DNA from: Cyanophora paradoxa CCMP329
Lineage: Eukaryota; Plantae; Glaucophyta
Direction: 5' to 3'
NCBI GenBank assembly: GCA_004431415.1
Contig: QPMI01000104.1
Location: 124,001 to 188,000, forward strand
DNA: 64,000 nt
Shown: positions 50,237-62,700 of the stretch, in pieces
How the letters are laid out: each line of letters opens with the position of its first letter
Numbering within the stretch: position 1 is the stretch's first letter
The notes under the pieces: model-generated
Seen by the model: the letters and a program-made list of their open reading frames with translations, nothing else
Told to the model about the DNA's origin: nothing
The model's database searches: none
Program-made: the position numbers and the translations under genes

Positions 50237-52406
50237 TCAGGAACAGAGGTAGGCGCCCTTGAAGCATCTCTCGACGTCCATGGCGACCCTGCACGTGGGG
50301 CAGGGCGGGGCCGGCGGCGCCGCGCCGCCCCCCGGCCGCCGCGCCACATGTACGGCCACGTGGTCGTCGAAGCACGGGTCGCACAGGGTGATGTGCTTGC
50401 ACGGCACGATGAGCACCGAGCTGGCGGGGGCGTGAGCGTGGGGTGGAGGCGAGGGCCGAAGGGGGGGCGGGCCGGGGCGCTGACCGGCGGCGGTCCATGC
50501 AGATGACGCAGCGCGTGTCCTGCAAGTCGCGCGTCGCCTCCGCCGCGCGCGCCTCCGCCAGCGCTGACGCGACGGCCACCGCCCCCGCCGCCAGCCGCTC
50601 CTGCGCCCGCTGCAGCTCCGCCGCCGACAGGCCCGCGAGGGCGGCGGGGCCGACGGGCGCGCTGTCCGCCAGCCGCGCCCCAAGCGCCGCCGCCCGCGCC
50701 TCCTGCGCGGCTGCGCGTGCCTCCGCCTGCCGAGCCTCCGCCACGGCCTGCTCCGCCCACCCCTCCGCCTGCCCCGCCCGCGCATCCGCCTGCCGCGCTT
50801 CCGCCATGGCCTGCTCCACCCAGCCCTCCGCCCGTGCTGCTCTCGCCTCCGCTTGCTGCGCCTCCGCCACGGCTTGCTCCGCCCACCCCTCCGCCTGCTG
50901 CGCCCGCGCCTCCGCTTGCCGTGCTTCCGCCATGGCCTGCTCCACCCAGCCCTCCGCCTGCTCCGCCCTGCGCTTCGCCTCCGCTGACTGCTTTTCCGCC
51001 TCCGCGGCGCGGCGCTCGGCCCGCTCGACGGCCGCCGCCGCCTCATTCGCCACACGGTCCGCGGCGCTCGCCGCGGCCGCGGCCGCCCGCCGCGCCTCCG
51101 CCGCCGCAGCGCCCAGGGCCCCCTCGCCGAGCGCGGACGCCGGCGCGGGGCCCGCCGCCACCGCCGGCAGGGCTGCCGGAGCGCCCGAAGGGCCGCCAGC
51201 GGGAGGTGAGGAGCTCAAGCTTGCGGATGCAGGGGCGGGCTCCGGTGGCGCTGCCGAACCGCTCCGCCGCAGGGTGGCCCAATAGGCCCGCTCCCTTTCG
51301 AGGGAAAAGACCGCCCTCACTCGATCTGAAGGAGCTACCAAAGCACCACCGCTGCCAATGCCACTGCTGCTGCTGCTGCTGCTGCTGCCGCCGCCCCCGC
51401 TGCTAGCGCCGCCACCGCCGCCGCTATGGCTGCTGCTGCTGCTCGACTGCGCTGGGGCTTCGGGCCCCGACGGGTCGGCCGCAGGGCCGCCAACAGCATG
51501 GGGCGACCCAGTGTCTGCAGGCGCCGAGGCGCGCCCCGCTGGCGCTGCAGAATCGCGCTCTATGGCGTTCCGGGGCGCCGGCCGGCGGGAGGCCCAAAAT
51601 TCCGTCTCCTGCTCCAGAGAATGCCGGCTGCTGCTACCGAACCAGCTGCCCACTTGCGCTGCTCCCGTGCGCGGCCCCGGATCGGAGTGCCGCCCCGTTG
51701 AGCTGGATCCATCCTTCGTCGAGCGCAGGCCTCAGCATACGCGGACGCACGAGCAGCCGGCCGGCGCACCGGTGCCGTACGCGTGGGGCGCCGGGGCTCG
51801 CTGGTCGCGGCCTCCTCGTCGCGCGCCTTCCGCTTCTTCTTCCTGCCTTGATCGCAAGCAATTGCAAGAGGCTCATTGCCCTCCTCGAAACATCCAAGAT
51901 CCTTGAGCCAGACGAGCTGCCGCAGCCGGCTCAAGCGCAGCGCGATGGCGGCAGCGGAAAGAATCACCTCTGACTGGCTTTTGTCGAACTTCACAGTTAC
52001 GAGGCCGGTATCGCCTGATTTGCACTTCACTGTCCCCGTCTGACCTGCCGGCGCCACGTTCGTTTGGTGCATGCGGATCGCGCGCGCCGTTGAGCATCGT
52101 ACCTGCACGAAAGCCGCGAAGGGCTATGACCCTATCGCCGAATCGCGAGGGCAACACAGCCTCGACGTCCTCCTCGGGCACCAGCACCTCAGATTCCTGT
52201 TGCGAGCGAAGAACGACTCGATTCAGTTCCACCAGGTTCAGGGAACGACTCGACGAGCTCGACGCGCATTCCAGACGCACCTCTGCGATGTCCACGATGC
52301 TCATGGCGCCGTTGATGCCCGTGCGGGCGACCCTCCCAGAGCGCCAACCGGACTCAGCGGTCCAGTACCGCACGAAGGTTCGCGGCGGCAGCTCGACGCG
52401 CGGCAT
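50237..52406 (-). CDS. KOW-pair + coiled-coil repeat + RING protein (copy 2, more intact)
   Basis: The 513-codon ORF 50112-51653 runs through four 21-aa repeats into TRCVICMD. KOW exons lie at ~51900-52406. Confidence 0.7.
50710..50965 (-). repeat. Coding minisatellite, 4 x 63 bp (21 aa, AEGW[V/A]EQA[M/V]AEA[R/Q]QA[E/D]ARAxx); also at ~37570-37820
   Basis: Visible in the translation, with alternating WVEQAM and WAEQAV variants. Confidence 0.9.
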
Positions 52407-52555
52407 CTGAGGCCGCGGGCTAAGGTGGCGATCGATCCGGAGGCTGCGGAGCTGTGCGTTGCGTTTGAACCAACTGGTTCCGGTTCGAATCCTGAGCTTG
52501 CCCTTCACCTCGCCCTTGACGGCAGCGAGGCGCGAGGCCTAAGCGCGCGTTGACG

Positions 52556-53748
52556 ATGAGTATGGCGGAGGTTACGTGCGGCCGCGGCGCCGGCCAGTTG
52601 CTTGGGCGCGCGTGTGCCGCCGCGGCAGGCTGGCGCAACCTACAGGAGGCCAGTACTAGTGCGAGTCTTCTCGTCGCAGGGTCAGGAGGATGACCGGCCG
52701 GAGCCGCGGCGGCCCGAGGAGCCCAGCGCGCACCAGGAGCCCAGCACGGCGTTTGATGCGCGGCCGATAGGAAGAAGACGCGCTTTCGCGGCGGCGTCCG
52801 CGGTCGCGGCGGCGTTTGCGGCGGCCGCGACGGCGGCGACCCCGCCAGCGGAGGTGCCCGCGCACCCCGAGACGGACTGGCCGATCGCCTCGCAACTGCA
52901 GTCCGCGGCGACCGCCGCGGAGATCTAGAGCGTCGCGCCGGCTCCCGAGGGCGATGCGGCGGACCCCGCGCGGCGGCTCCGGCCGCGCCGGCGCCGCCCG
53001 ACAAGCAAGCGAAGAAGCCGGCGAGGAGGCGGGGCGTGCAGGCGGCCTCCTCGGCGCTCACGCCGATCGGCCCGCTCGGACAGGAGCCCACGATTGCTGA
53101 GGCGATCCTCTTCTCTCCCGCGCCGACCCCCACGCTCCTCGGTCGGCCCGGCGCCGCCCGCGCACCGAAGCGTCGCCTGCCGGCTGCTGACTGCCGACTC
53201 GCGCCCCGAACCGCAGCGAACATGTTCGCCAGTGGAGTTGCTCGGCTGGTGGCCATCTCGGCCACGCACCCGATCGGCGCGCCGCACTCCCGCCCGCCCG
53301 CCCGCCGCCCAGCCCGCGACGACAGCTGACCGCTCCGGCGCAGACACTGTGAAGACCAAAGTGCAGACGAGCTGCGGCGAGCCGCGCCCCGCGCTGGAAA
53401 CGCTGCGGGTCATCGTGAAGCAGCAAGGAGTCACGGGGCTCTACGCCGGCGAGTTCAACCCTAGTTCAACCCTGTACCCCTGCTCCCCAATCTGATCGTG
53501 TTCCCGGCAGGCCTCGACGGGACGATGATAGGGCAGGTGCCTTACTCGGCCGTCGCCTTCGGCATCTACGAGTTCCTGGTACCCCCCGAAGACCCCTCCG
53601 TACCCGTACCCCGTACCCCCTCTGGTAACACCCCTACCCCGCAGAAGGAGCTCCTGGTCCCGCAGCTTCCCCCCTCCCTCTTCGCGCACATCCTCTGCTA
53701 CCTCGGTACCCCTTACCCCTCCTTCGCACATGTACCCCCGGTGGTCTG
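52556..53748 (+). pseudogene. MCF paralog C, LINE-interrupted (copy 2)
   Basis: Same in-frame stop (52926-52928) and same insertion point ggtggtctg|Tn as copy 1. Confidence 0.85.
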
Positions 53749-56700
53749 TTTTTTTTTTTTCAGTAATCCCTAGTGTATTAGGGGACTGGTGCCCCAAGTT
53801 GACAAACAGCTAATGCTATCTGCCTACCCTAGGCCTAGGCCTACAAACACACGACAAGTCTAGCTTACCTCCCCCCTATTGGGTCTCCAGCTAGACTAAC
53901 CCCGAGGGAATCTCCCTACTGCGAGCCCTACCCCTAAGGCCACTCTTGCGGCCCTCGTGGGGCCTCCCCCAGCGGCCGCGCGAGCGCGGCCATTGGGGGG
54001 TGGGGTTGGGGGTGGGAGCTGGGGCCGGAGAGTTTATTGGGCAGGGCCCCGGAGGATTTATTGCGCACCGCCTCTGCGGTGCGAGCGCCGCCGGGCGCGG
54101 GCCCCCGGGGAGGGTTGGGCCCCCCATCCGGCGGCGGGTCCCGCCCTGCAGGCTGCCAGCGGCGTGGCAGCCTGCACCTGCGCGGGCGGGACCGGACCTG
54201 GCGCGGGCAGGCAGGCCACGCCCGAGGGCCTGCTCTCCTCCAGGAGTGGGCCTCTCAAGCGCGAGCGTGGCGTCAGCCCGGCGCGCGCGGGCAGGGAGTG
54301 CACACTTTGGGCTCAGGGTCTGTAGCCCAGCGGGAGAGGCCGAAGATGAGGAGGACTGGATGAGGTCGCCGCGGTGGAGCAGGGGTGGTACCTTGGGGGG
54401 CAGAGAAGGGGGTACGGGGCTCGGTGGAGGCGGCGGTGACGGCCCAGGGGTGTAGGCAGAGGGGACATCGGTCTGGGGGCGGGAGTGCCTCGGGGTGGAG
54501 CTGGCGCGCGCGGGCGGAAAACTCGAATGGGGCGGTGGTGCGGGACGAGGGCGGTGCCGGCGGTGGTGGGGGGCCCGGCGGCGGGGGGCGCGGGCTGGCG
54601 GGCGGGGCCGGTCTTGCGGTTCGACGGGTGACGGCGGTGTGGGGGGTCAGAGAGGTTCACCGAGGCGGGGGGTCCGGGGGGGGCGGTCCTGTGGATCAGG
54701 GGCTGGGACAGCCGGACCTGCACGTCGGGCTCCGCGGTCTCCACGTGCAAGAAGATTGTTGCGGGCGGAGGTGAAGCCGGCCGAGTCACGGAGGGCGGCC
54801 AGCTCACGCTCGCGGCGCGTGAGGCGGCGGGTAGCGGGGCTGGCTGCGGGGAGGGGAGGAGGCTGGGGGTGTGGGGGGAGGGGGCTGGGGGGAAGGGGGG
54901 GAGACGGGGCCGGGGGACGGTGGAGGGCCGGTCGGGCGGGCGAGGGGAGGGGCCGGGGGTGGCGGAGGGTCCGCTGGGGCGGGGCGGCGGGGAGTCCGGA
55001 GGGGGAGGGGCAGTTGCGAGTCGGGGCCGGGGAGAACGGGGAGAGACCGACCGCGGACCGGAAGTAGGATTGGAGGGGGCGCATCGCCACGGTCGTCCCT
55101 CTGCCGCGGCCTTTGCCGCGGCCCTTACCGGGTCGAGCTGTGCCGGCACCTAGTCGGGAGGAAGGGCCTGTCGCCTCCGGTCGGCCTGTCGGAGGTGGGC
55201 GAGGCGAGGCGGGGGCGGGGCGGGGCGTGGGGGGCGGGGGTCCGGGGCTCGCGGCGGCGGGGTGGAGCCGGAGCCGGAGGGGCTGGGGCGGACCTCTGGG
55301 GCCGGGTCCGGGTGCTGGGGCCGTTGGCTTGTGGCTAGGATTCGGGTGAGGATGAGGCTGCGCCAGTGGGCGCAGCACCGGCTGCTGCCATCGAAGGGCG
55401 AGTTGGGGTCCGTGAGCGCGTCTTCTTGGCCCGGACCAGGGCGTCTGCCAGGGCACAGACAATTACACCGCAGCTGAAGCGGTCCCGTTGTTCGGGGATG
55501 GGGTACCTGGTGGCCGATGCAAGCGGCCAGGCGGTGGGTCGTCTGAGGGGAGGTTGCGTTCCCGGCGCTCGAGCTGGAGCCAGCGGAGAATCGGGGCCAG
55601 CTTCTCTCGAGCCGACTCTGCGTTTGGCAGGTTGTAGGCATCATAGAGTTCGGCTCGACGGTCACGTACGTGGATCGCAGCGAAGGTCCAGTGGCCCGGT
55701 GAGTGGATCGGGAAGAGCAGAACATCGAAGTCGAACGGGCTGACCCCGCGGGCTACCAGCTTGTTGTGAAGGCGCTGGGGCCTCGGCCTGGCGCGGAGAG
55801 GTTAGGGTACTCAAGCGAGTCAAAGATTAGTGGACGGCGGGCCAGGGCAGGGAGTTGGGCGAGGAGGGCGAGGTAGAAGACAACGGTCTCGTCGTCTAAC
55901 CAGGTCTCACCATTGAGCCGACTGAGAGATCTCCTTGTGACGTTGATGCTGCCCGAGGTACCGAGCAGCGGCGAGGAGATCTGTCGGAGTACTTCCTGCG
56001 CAGGCTTTAGCGGGCCGGGTCGGGTCTGTGCCCACGCTAGGCGGACCTCTTCGGACGGCGGCAGGGGGGCCACGGCTGGGCTGCGGGCGGGTCGGGGCCG
56101 CGGGCAAGGGTGAGTGCCGGGGCTCCTGCGGGTGAGGCGCTGGGGGCTCAGGGGGGTGGAGGGTTAAGCTGGGGGCTGAGCTCACGGGAGGGGCGTCCGA
56201 TCGCGAGGTTGCTTTGAGGTTCGTGGGCGGGCTGTGCGGGCTGTCTGCGGCGACATTCATCAGGTCATGGGCGTCGGGCGGGGAGGGCGGGCAAGCTGGA
56301 CGGTCTGTGCTCGACCGGCCTACTGCTGAGTGCGCATCGCGCGCTGGCGCTGCCGTCGGCTGGAGACGGGCGCGTTCCGGTACGCTTGGGGTACCGGAAT
56401 ACTACTGACCAGCACTACGGGTGCGGGCTGCGGGTTCGGGTCCGGCTGAGGGCGTGTCTCCCGGGCGCGGCGGCTTCTTCGGCGGGCCGCGGGGTCTGTT
56501 GCTGGCGGGGTCGGGGCGCCGTCAGAGTCCGACGCGTGAGGCCACAGCGGCGCTGCCAGGCTTGGACGTCCGAGTTTCGCGCCTGCCAAATCTCCTGGAG
56601 CCCCGTCACAAGTACATCAAAGATCCCGTTCGCGCATTTACGAGCAGCGGGGGCGCGAACATGAAGGTACTCGAGGGCCGGGACCAGACTGCGGGGAGGA

Positions 56701-59700
56701 GCAGCCGGACGGACAGGCGGGGCGAGTCGTGCGAGAGGTCGGTGAAAAGGGCCTGTCCGTGAGTCAGCCAGCGGGAGGGGGAGCCGTAGAGACAGGCACG
56801 GAGGTGGGGGGTACAGGCCCGGGTCGCGAGCGTTCGTGCACGGTCTGACGCCAGCGGCGTTCGTCAGCGAGGGCGAAGGCGGGAAATAGGTCGCGGAGGA
56901 ACAGGCCGTCCGACTTCAGGCCGTCCGGGAGCTCGTACCTCGTTGCGGCCGACTTTAGTCTCTGCGTGGTGATCGTTGTGTGGAGGAGGTTGTAAATCTT
57001 GGATTGCATAGCGAGCCGGGCCGCTTGCGATGCCGAACAAAGGCCGAAGGCGTGGTCGTGGGTCTCGGGTTGACTCGCGCTGTGGAGCGCCGGCGGGGGT
57101 CGCGGTCTGCGGTTGCGGCGGCTCCTGGGTCGCGCCTCGGTGCCCAGGGGGTGCCGGGATGGGGCCGCCGGAGGCGTCGGCGACGCGAGCGCACCCAGGG
57201 CGTACGCACAGGCCTTGCGGGTTGATGTTGCCGTAGAGGTGTGGGGCATCGCGGGCACGGACAGGTAGGAGGGGCGCGAGTTCCATGCTGAATTTGGTGA
57301 GCTGCGCAAGGCGGGCATTGAACGGGGCTGACGCGTCGCGGGAGGCGCCTTGCTTACGGAATTCGCGCGCGAGCCGTGCCCGGTCGGCCGGGGCGCCGAG
57401 CCACGAGGATTCAAGCGACGTCAGCCGCACGAAGTTACGCATTTCGCAGACGGCGCGGACGTGGGCCCGGGGTCGGACTCGACGCGGTACGCTCTGCTGG
57501 AGTCGTACCCCTCCAGGCTCCTGCGGGGGGGTGAGAAGAGGAGGACGAACTCGAACCCGCCGGGGGAAAGAGGGCTCACGCCGTGCTAGCCATGCACGTT
57601 TTGCGGCAGCCGAGACGGCGGGGTCGGATGCGACTGCGGGATCTGCCTGCCAGGTGGCGCTCTCGACGTCAGCCCAGGCATTGAGGCCGTGGCCATCGCT
57701 GCAGGCCTTGGAGAACGGGGCGCAGGGGTGCAGGGCGAGCGCCGCTGCGGCGAGGCGGTCGGCTCGGTGGTTATCCCGGTCGTACGCATCATTCAGTACC
57801 CTCTCCATGCGTTGGGCGATCGGGAGGCCGGCGAGGGCGGGAACGTGGGCCCGAGAGCCGCGAGCGCGTCTCGACGGCGCTGGCGTTCCTCCCGGCGCGC
57901 CTTGCGGGTCTGACGTTCGATCTGGTGGAGAATGCGTCGAGTCTCGCGGCGGCGGAGGTGAGCAGTGCGCGCACGGATGTGCTCGGACAGGTAGTTATAA
58001 GCGCCCGAAAGCGGGTTCGGGCGCCCGGCGTACACCCCTTGTCCCTCGCCGAATTTGGCGATAAGCTCGGCGTCAGAGGGCTCGGGGGGAGGTCGTCCGG
58101 GGCGGAGAGGTAGGACACGTACGATCCGGAGTCGTCCGCATCGCTGTCCGTCTCGGGCTCTGCCGGGCGACAGGCGCAGGCCGGTCAGTGTACTCTTTCT
58201 GATGCGCCTTCACCTTCTGTACGCGGACCTCGGCGGGTGGCCTTCCGGCGGCGGCGGCGAGGGCTCTGCGGTGCTGATGGACTTCTGCAGCCGCTCGCAG
58301 ATGGTGCGAGAAGTTGGTGCGAAGGCCGCTGCGGACCGTCGAGTCAGCGCGGTGCAGGACAGAGCGGCGGATGAGTGACATCGCCGTCGAGCTGTCTGTC
58401 TTAACTGTGCAGCCCTCGGGCGACTTTAAGAAGGCCGTGAGGACGGCGAGGAGCTCGCCTTTGTTGTTGTTGACAGTGCCCGGGCACGGGGCGACAAAGA
58501 AGTCGCTGCCGTCCGTGGGGATGGCTTCGGCGAGCTCCCGCAGGGCCGCCGCCTGTGGGGCGTCATCTTCTGCGCATGCATCGGCTTCACGCAGCAGCTG
58601 GTTTTTCAGCTGTATACCTTCGCTGCGGCGCTGGGCTTCCCGCTGCCGATCCGCTGGGGAGTGCGCCGCGTTCTGCTCGTGGTCCCGGGTCCAGACACCC
58701 GCGTAAGCCGTTAGCGCCGCCTCGGATCCGAACCCCGTTGTGCTGGCATCGGTCGCCGCCACTCTCGGGGCCGGGCAGCGGGGAGCTCCTCGCGGCGAAG
58801 CTCCTGGGCTACGAGGTTCCAGAACGGGTCGGCTAGGGGCTCCGGGTCGATGAGAAAGTGCTCGAGAGGCTGGCGATCCGGGTATACAGGCGGTGCGGTG
58901 CGCGGTGGCACTGTACCCGGGCGGCGTTGCTTGTAGCCCGACGGCGGCTGGGGCTGCGCGGAGGGATCCGCTTCGTAATCCCAATCGCGTTCCCACGGAG
59001 GAAGGAAGAGCGTCGTGCGGAACTCGGTCCACCACTCCTGACTCTCTAGCTTCACAACCGCGTACGGTTCGTGCTTCCGCGTGCGGGTCGCCGGGGTGAT
59101 TAGCTCGAGGAGGCGGGCCGGGTGAATGTGGATGGAGTCCTCGGTCCACTGGCAGGCGCCTGACTCCGGCTCAGAGTGGTCGCAGCGCTGGCGCGCCGCC
59201 TTGGCTGTCGCATCGTCCGTCGTGTACCGCGCATCGCACTCATCTTTGAGCATCGTGCACTTGTAGAATCGGGCGGCGCCCTCCCCGTCGCCGTCGCGGA
59301 TCGTGCGGTCGCGCCAGATCCAATGTTCCAGGCGGACGTACACGCGGAGGCGCCCATCGTCTTCATCGCGCTCCTCCCATTTGCTAACGATGCGCGTCAG
59401 GTAGCCCTGCGGGTGCCAGGCGAACTGTCCCTCCACGTACGGCGGGCTCATCAGGTTCGCTTCGAAAAGCGTCTGCTGGCGCCGCGCCCCTGCTTGAGCA
59501 CGTGCATGGGGAAGCGCAGGGAGCGTGGGAGCTTCCTCGGCGGGACGGGCTCGCAGATTGCGCGGAGGAAGTCTGGGAACCACGACGGCGCCCGGCTGAG
59601 ACGCTGGCGGACGCGGCCGCTGCCCCAGAGGCTCGCCCAGTCCAGAACGGTGCGCCCGTCCGGGCCCGTGATGTCTGCCGCCGTCAGCAGATCGTGTTCC

Positions 59701-62700
59701 CACAGGAACGGCGCGGCGCTGCGGAGGAGGGCTGGCGGTAGAAGCGTAGTGAGGACGAATCTTCGTTCGAGTCGAGGATGCGGGAGGGCCGGAGTCAGGT
59801 GCGACCTTCCCGAGTCGAGGATGTAGCCCTCCGCATTCATATTTCGGGCTATAGCGAGGGCTAGATGATCGCGCCGGAGGGCCGGGCCTGGATCTAGGTT
59901 CGGATAGCAGTACGGGGGAGAGGAAGGCATAGCTTTTCCTGCGCCGCGAACACGCGGTGGAGGAGATACGGGCGAAGCGTCGGGTGGTTCGCGCGGATTG
60001 TTTCGTCTAGGACGTGTATGGCGAGCTGCTCGTCTGCCAGGCGCTTCAGCCCATAGAATCCGCGGCTCCATATTAGGGCGTTGGGCGCCGAGCGGCGGAG
60101 GCGCGCCTGATGCTTGACTAGCGTCATCCACAGGGTATCTATCTGGGCGCACTGGCGCTCGGTGTACGCGACAACCTTGCAGGCGTACGTGATGCGCGGG
60201 ATGAGTACGCTGTTCACAATGTACACTGCTTCCTTTGCGGTGAGCTTCTTTTTCTTGAGGATCGCGCAGGCGGTCTGCGCCATCGTGTAGACCGCTTCGA
60301 ACTGATGCCTCCAATTTAGGTCCGCGGTAAACCAGACCCCCAGGAACTTGAAGGGCTTCGTCGGAGGCAGGACGTGGTGCGCACGCTCCTTAGCCCCAGG
60401 CGGGCCAAGGAGGGGCGGTTTGGGCTCGGGAGATACGTTGTTATAAGTGAACTCAGTCTTCTTCGCGTTCAGGGCGATATCGTGGATCCAGAAGAATTCC
60501 GATACCAGGTCCGCATGCAGTTGTACCCCCCGCGCGGACGAGCTGATGAGCACGGTGTCGTCCGCGTAGGCCTGCCCTGGCGAGTCAACGTCGGGGAGGT
60601 GAGCCCGGAGGCGGTGAGCTGGCGGGGGGGCCGGGCGAGGTGCGATCCCGGGCCCCATGCGGTATGTTGTACCCTCCGCCGCGCTGACTTCGCGCAGGGC
60701 CGTAAGGAAGACATCGTAAAAGATGAGCCAGTGGATAGGCGATTCCGTACCCCCTGGGGAAGCCCGCACTCGACATCGAACGGTTCGGTGGGGCCGTACC
60801 CGGTGAGGACCGATGCCTTGCGCCGCGTCGTGAGCTGTTCGTACAGCTGAATGTACTTCTCAGGGATGCGGAGGCGGCGGAGGGCCATCGCCATGCTGGG
60901 CCAGCTCACGCTGTCGTAGGCTCGACGGATGTCAAGGAGGAGCAGGTAGATCGGTTTAGAGAACTGTTTCGCATCTTCAAGTAATGCGCGCATCATGTAG
61001 AGCGGCTCGTCCGTCGATTTACCACGTGTAAAGGCGTAGTTTGCGCCCTTCAGTAGTTCGTTCTTTCGGATGATCCTGGAGAGTCTATCCGTGAGAAGAG
61101 CTGTTACCAGTTTCAGGGCGCATTCTTGCAGTGTTATCGGTCTGACGTTGTCAGGGTGCCCGTCCCATTCCCCGCTCTTCGGGATCAGGCAGATATTTCC
61201 GTAGAGCAGAGGTTCAGGAACAGCTCCGAGCTCTAGAATCAGGTTGACCGTCACCAGTAGAAGCCGCCTGCAGGTTGGCGTTCTGTTTTCGGACTGGAGG
61301 GCCGAGGTGTCCAGGCCCGCTTTCTTCAGCTCTTCGAGCGTTTTCTTGGGAGGACAGGGTCACTCCACAGCAGCTTAATCATTTCATTCGAGAGGCCCGA
61401 GGGCCCTGCCGCCCGTTTCTCAGCGAGCCAATGATTCTGCCCAGCTCCGTGTCCTCCGTGCGATTCAGTAGGCTATCGAATAGGGCTGCATCTATGTCGT
61501 CCCGCGGCGCGTGCAGTCGCTGCCAGAGGCGGGGGTCCCGGGCGCATTCGCTTAGCGGGAGACCTAGCGGGTCGAGGCGGGCCGTTAGGGGTGCTCTGCG
61601 CTTGGTCCAGGCGTGCATGTGCTGGCGGGCAAAGGGACAGACTTGCTCTTCGGAGTCATACACTTTGTATTCGAGCCCATCGAAGAACGAGAAAGATGTG
61701 ATACCTCGGCGAGCCGGCGCTTCCAGGACCAGTCGGAGGTGCTGCGCGAGGTCAACTTTGAACATGCGGCGCGTGCGTTCGCGGCTCGCCAGGATGCGCT
61801 TGGTCTCGAAGCCGCGGATGTGCAGGTCGACCTTCTTGTCGAGCGCCGAGACCCATGCCAGGAACACATCGTAGTGCTCGAGCCAGCGGGGCTGCGGCGC
61901 TGAGAAAGGAGGAGAGGGGGTGGAGCCGGGAGGAGACTATAGCCGGACCGTTTCTCCACGGGGAGCTGCGAGATGCGACGGTTATGGTTCGAGATGGCGA
62001 GGCGGAGGTCCGATAGCGCGTGTCTCACTCGGCGAGGCGTGGAGTCGGGTCCGTGTCGCGCCGCCGCCCAGGTGCGCCGGAGTTCCTGCACGCGCGTGAG
62101 CAGCGCCGACTCTGGCCGGCCCCTGCGAGAGAACTTTTGGGTCTTGCGTGCGGGCGTGTACATGCCGAAGTCCGCGGACTGGCCGATCTCCTTGACTCGA
62201 TCGAGCGCCCCGTCGAGCGCGGCGCTGAGGCGGGTCAGGCGCTGCTGCGGCGGCGCGGCGGCGTCCCGCTCGATTTCGTCGAGGATTGCTGCCACGCATT
62301 CGGCGCCGGGGCTGGTCCGGCTCAGGCTGGCCTCCAGGAGCTCCTTGAACCGAACTTTCGTCAGAGCGGCTTGCTTTCCGTACTGGAACCTAGGCGGGCG
62401 CTGGGGGGCGGGCGGCGGGCCGGACGAGAACTGGAGGCCGAGTCCGCGCCTGTCGTACTCGGCGAGTACCGGGAAGTGGTCGGACTCGTAGGGCGCGTGG
62501 CGGGGGGATACCTGAACTGCCCGGAGTCCGGCCCCGGCTGCCGTGGACTGGAGAATGTAGTCGAGCCGAGCAGCTGTCCGCAGGTGGCCCGTCGCAGTGA
62601 TCCCTCGCGGCTCAGGCCCAGGTTCGTCCGGCCCGCGCTGTTTGTCGGGGAAGATGAAGGTGATCTGATCGTCCGTGCCCGCCAGCTTCGCAGCGTCGCG

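Larger units (their letters stand above)
43793..56969. repeat. Tandem segmental duplication, unit 2
   Basis: Collinear with 30636-43793. The differences I could see are mainly 1-bp indels in G/C runs. Confidence 0.95.

Noticed and set aside
56880-56945. ELPDGLKSD as a restriction-like endonuclease (Dualen-type dual endonuclease)
   Set aside because: No convincing PD-(D/E)xK spacing follows, and the downstream IWxxRN fits an ordinary L1-like C-terminus.
30636-56969. Complementary frameshifts between the two duplicate units, suggesting reciprocal pseudogenisation
   Set aside because: The differences I saw are almost all 1-bp indels in G/C homopolymers with few or no substitutions, typical of unpolished long-read error in repeats.
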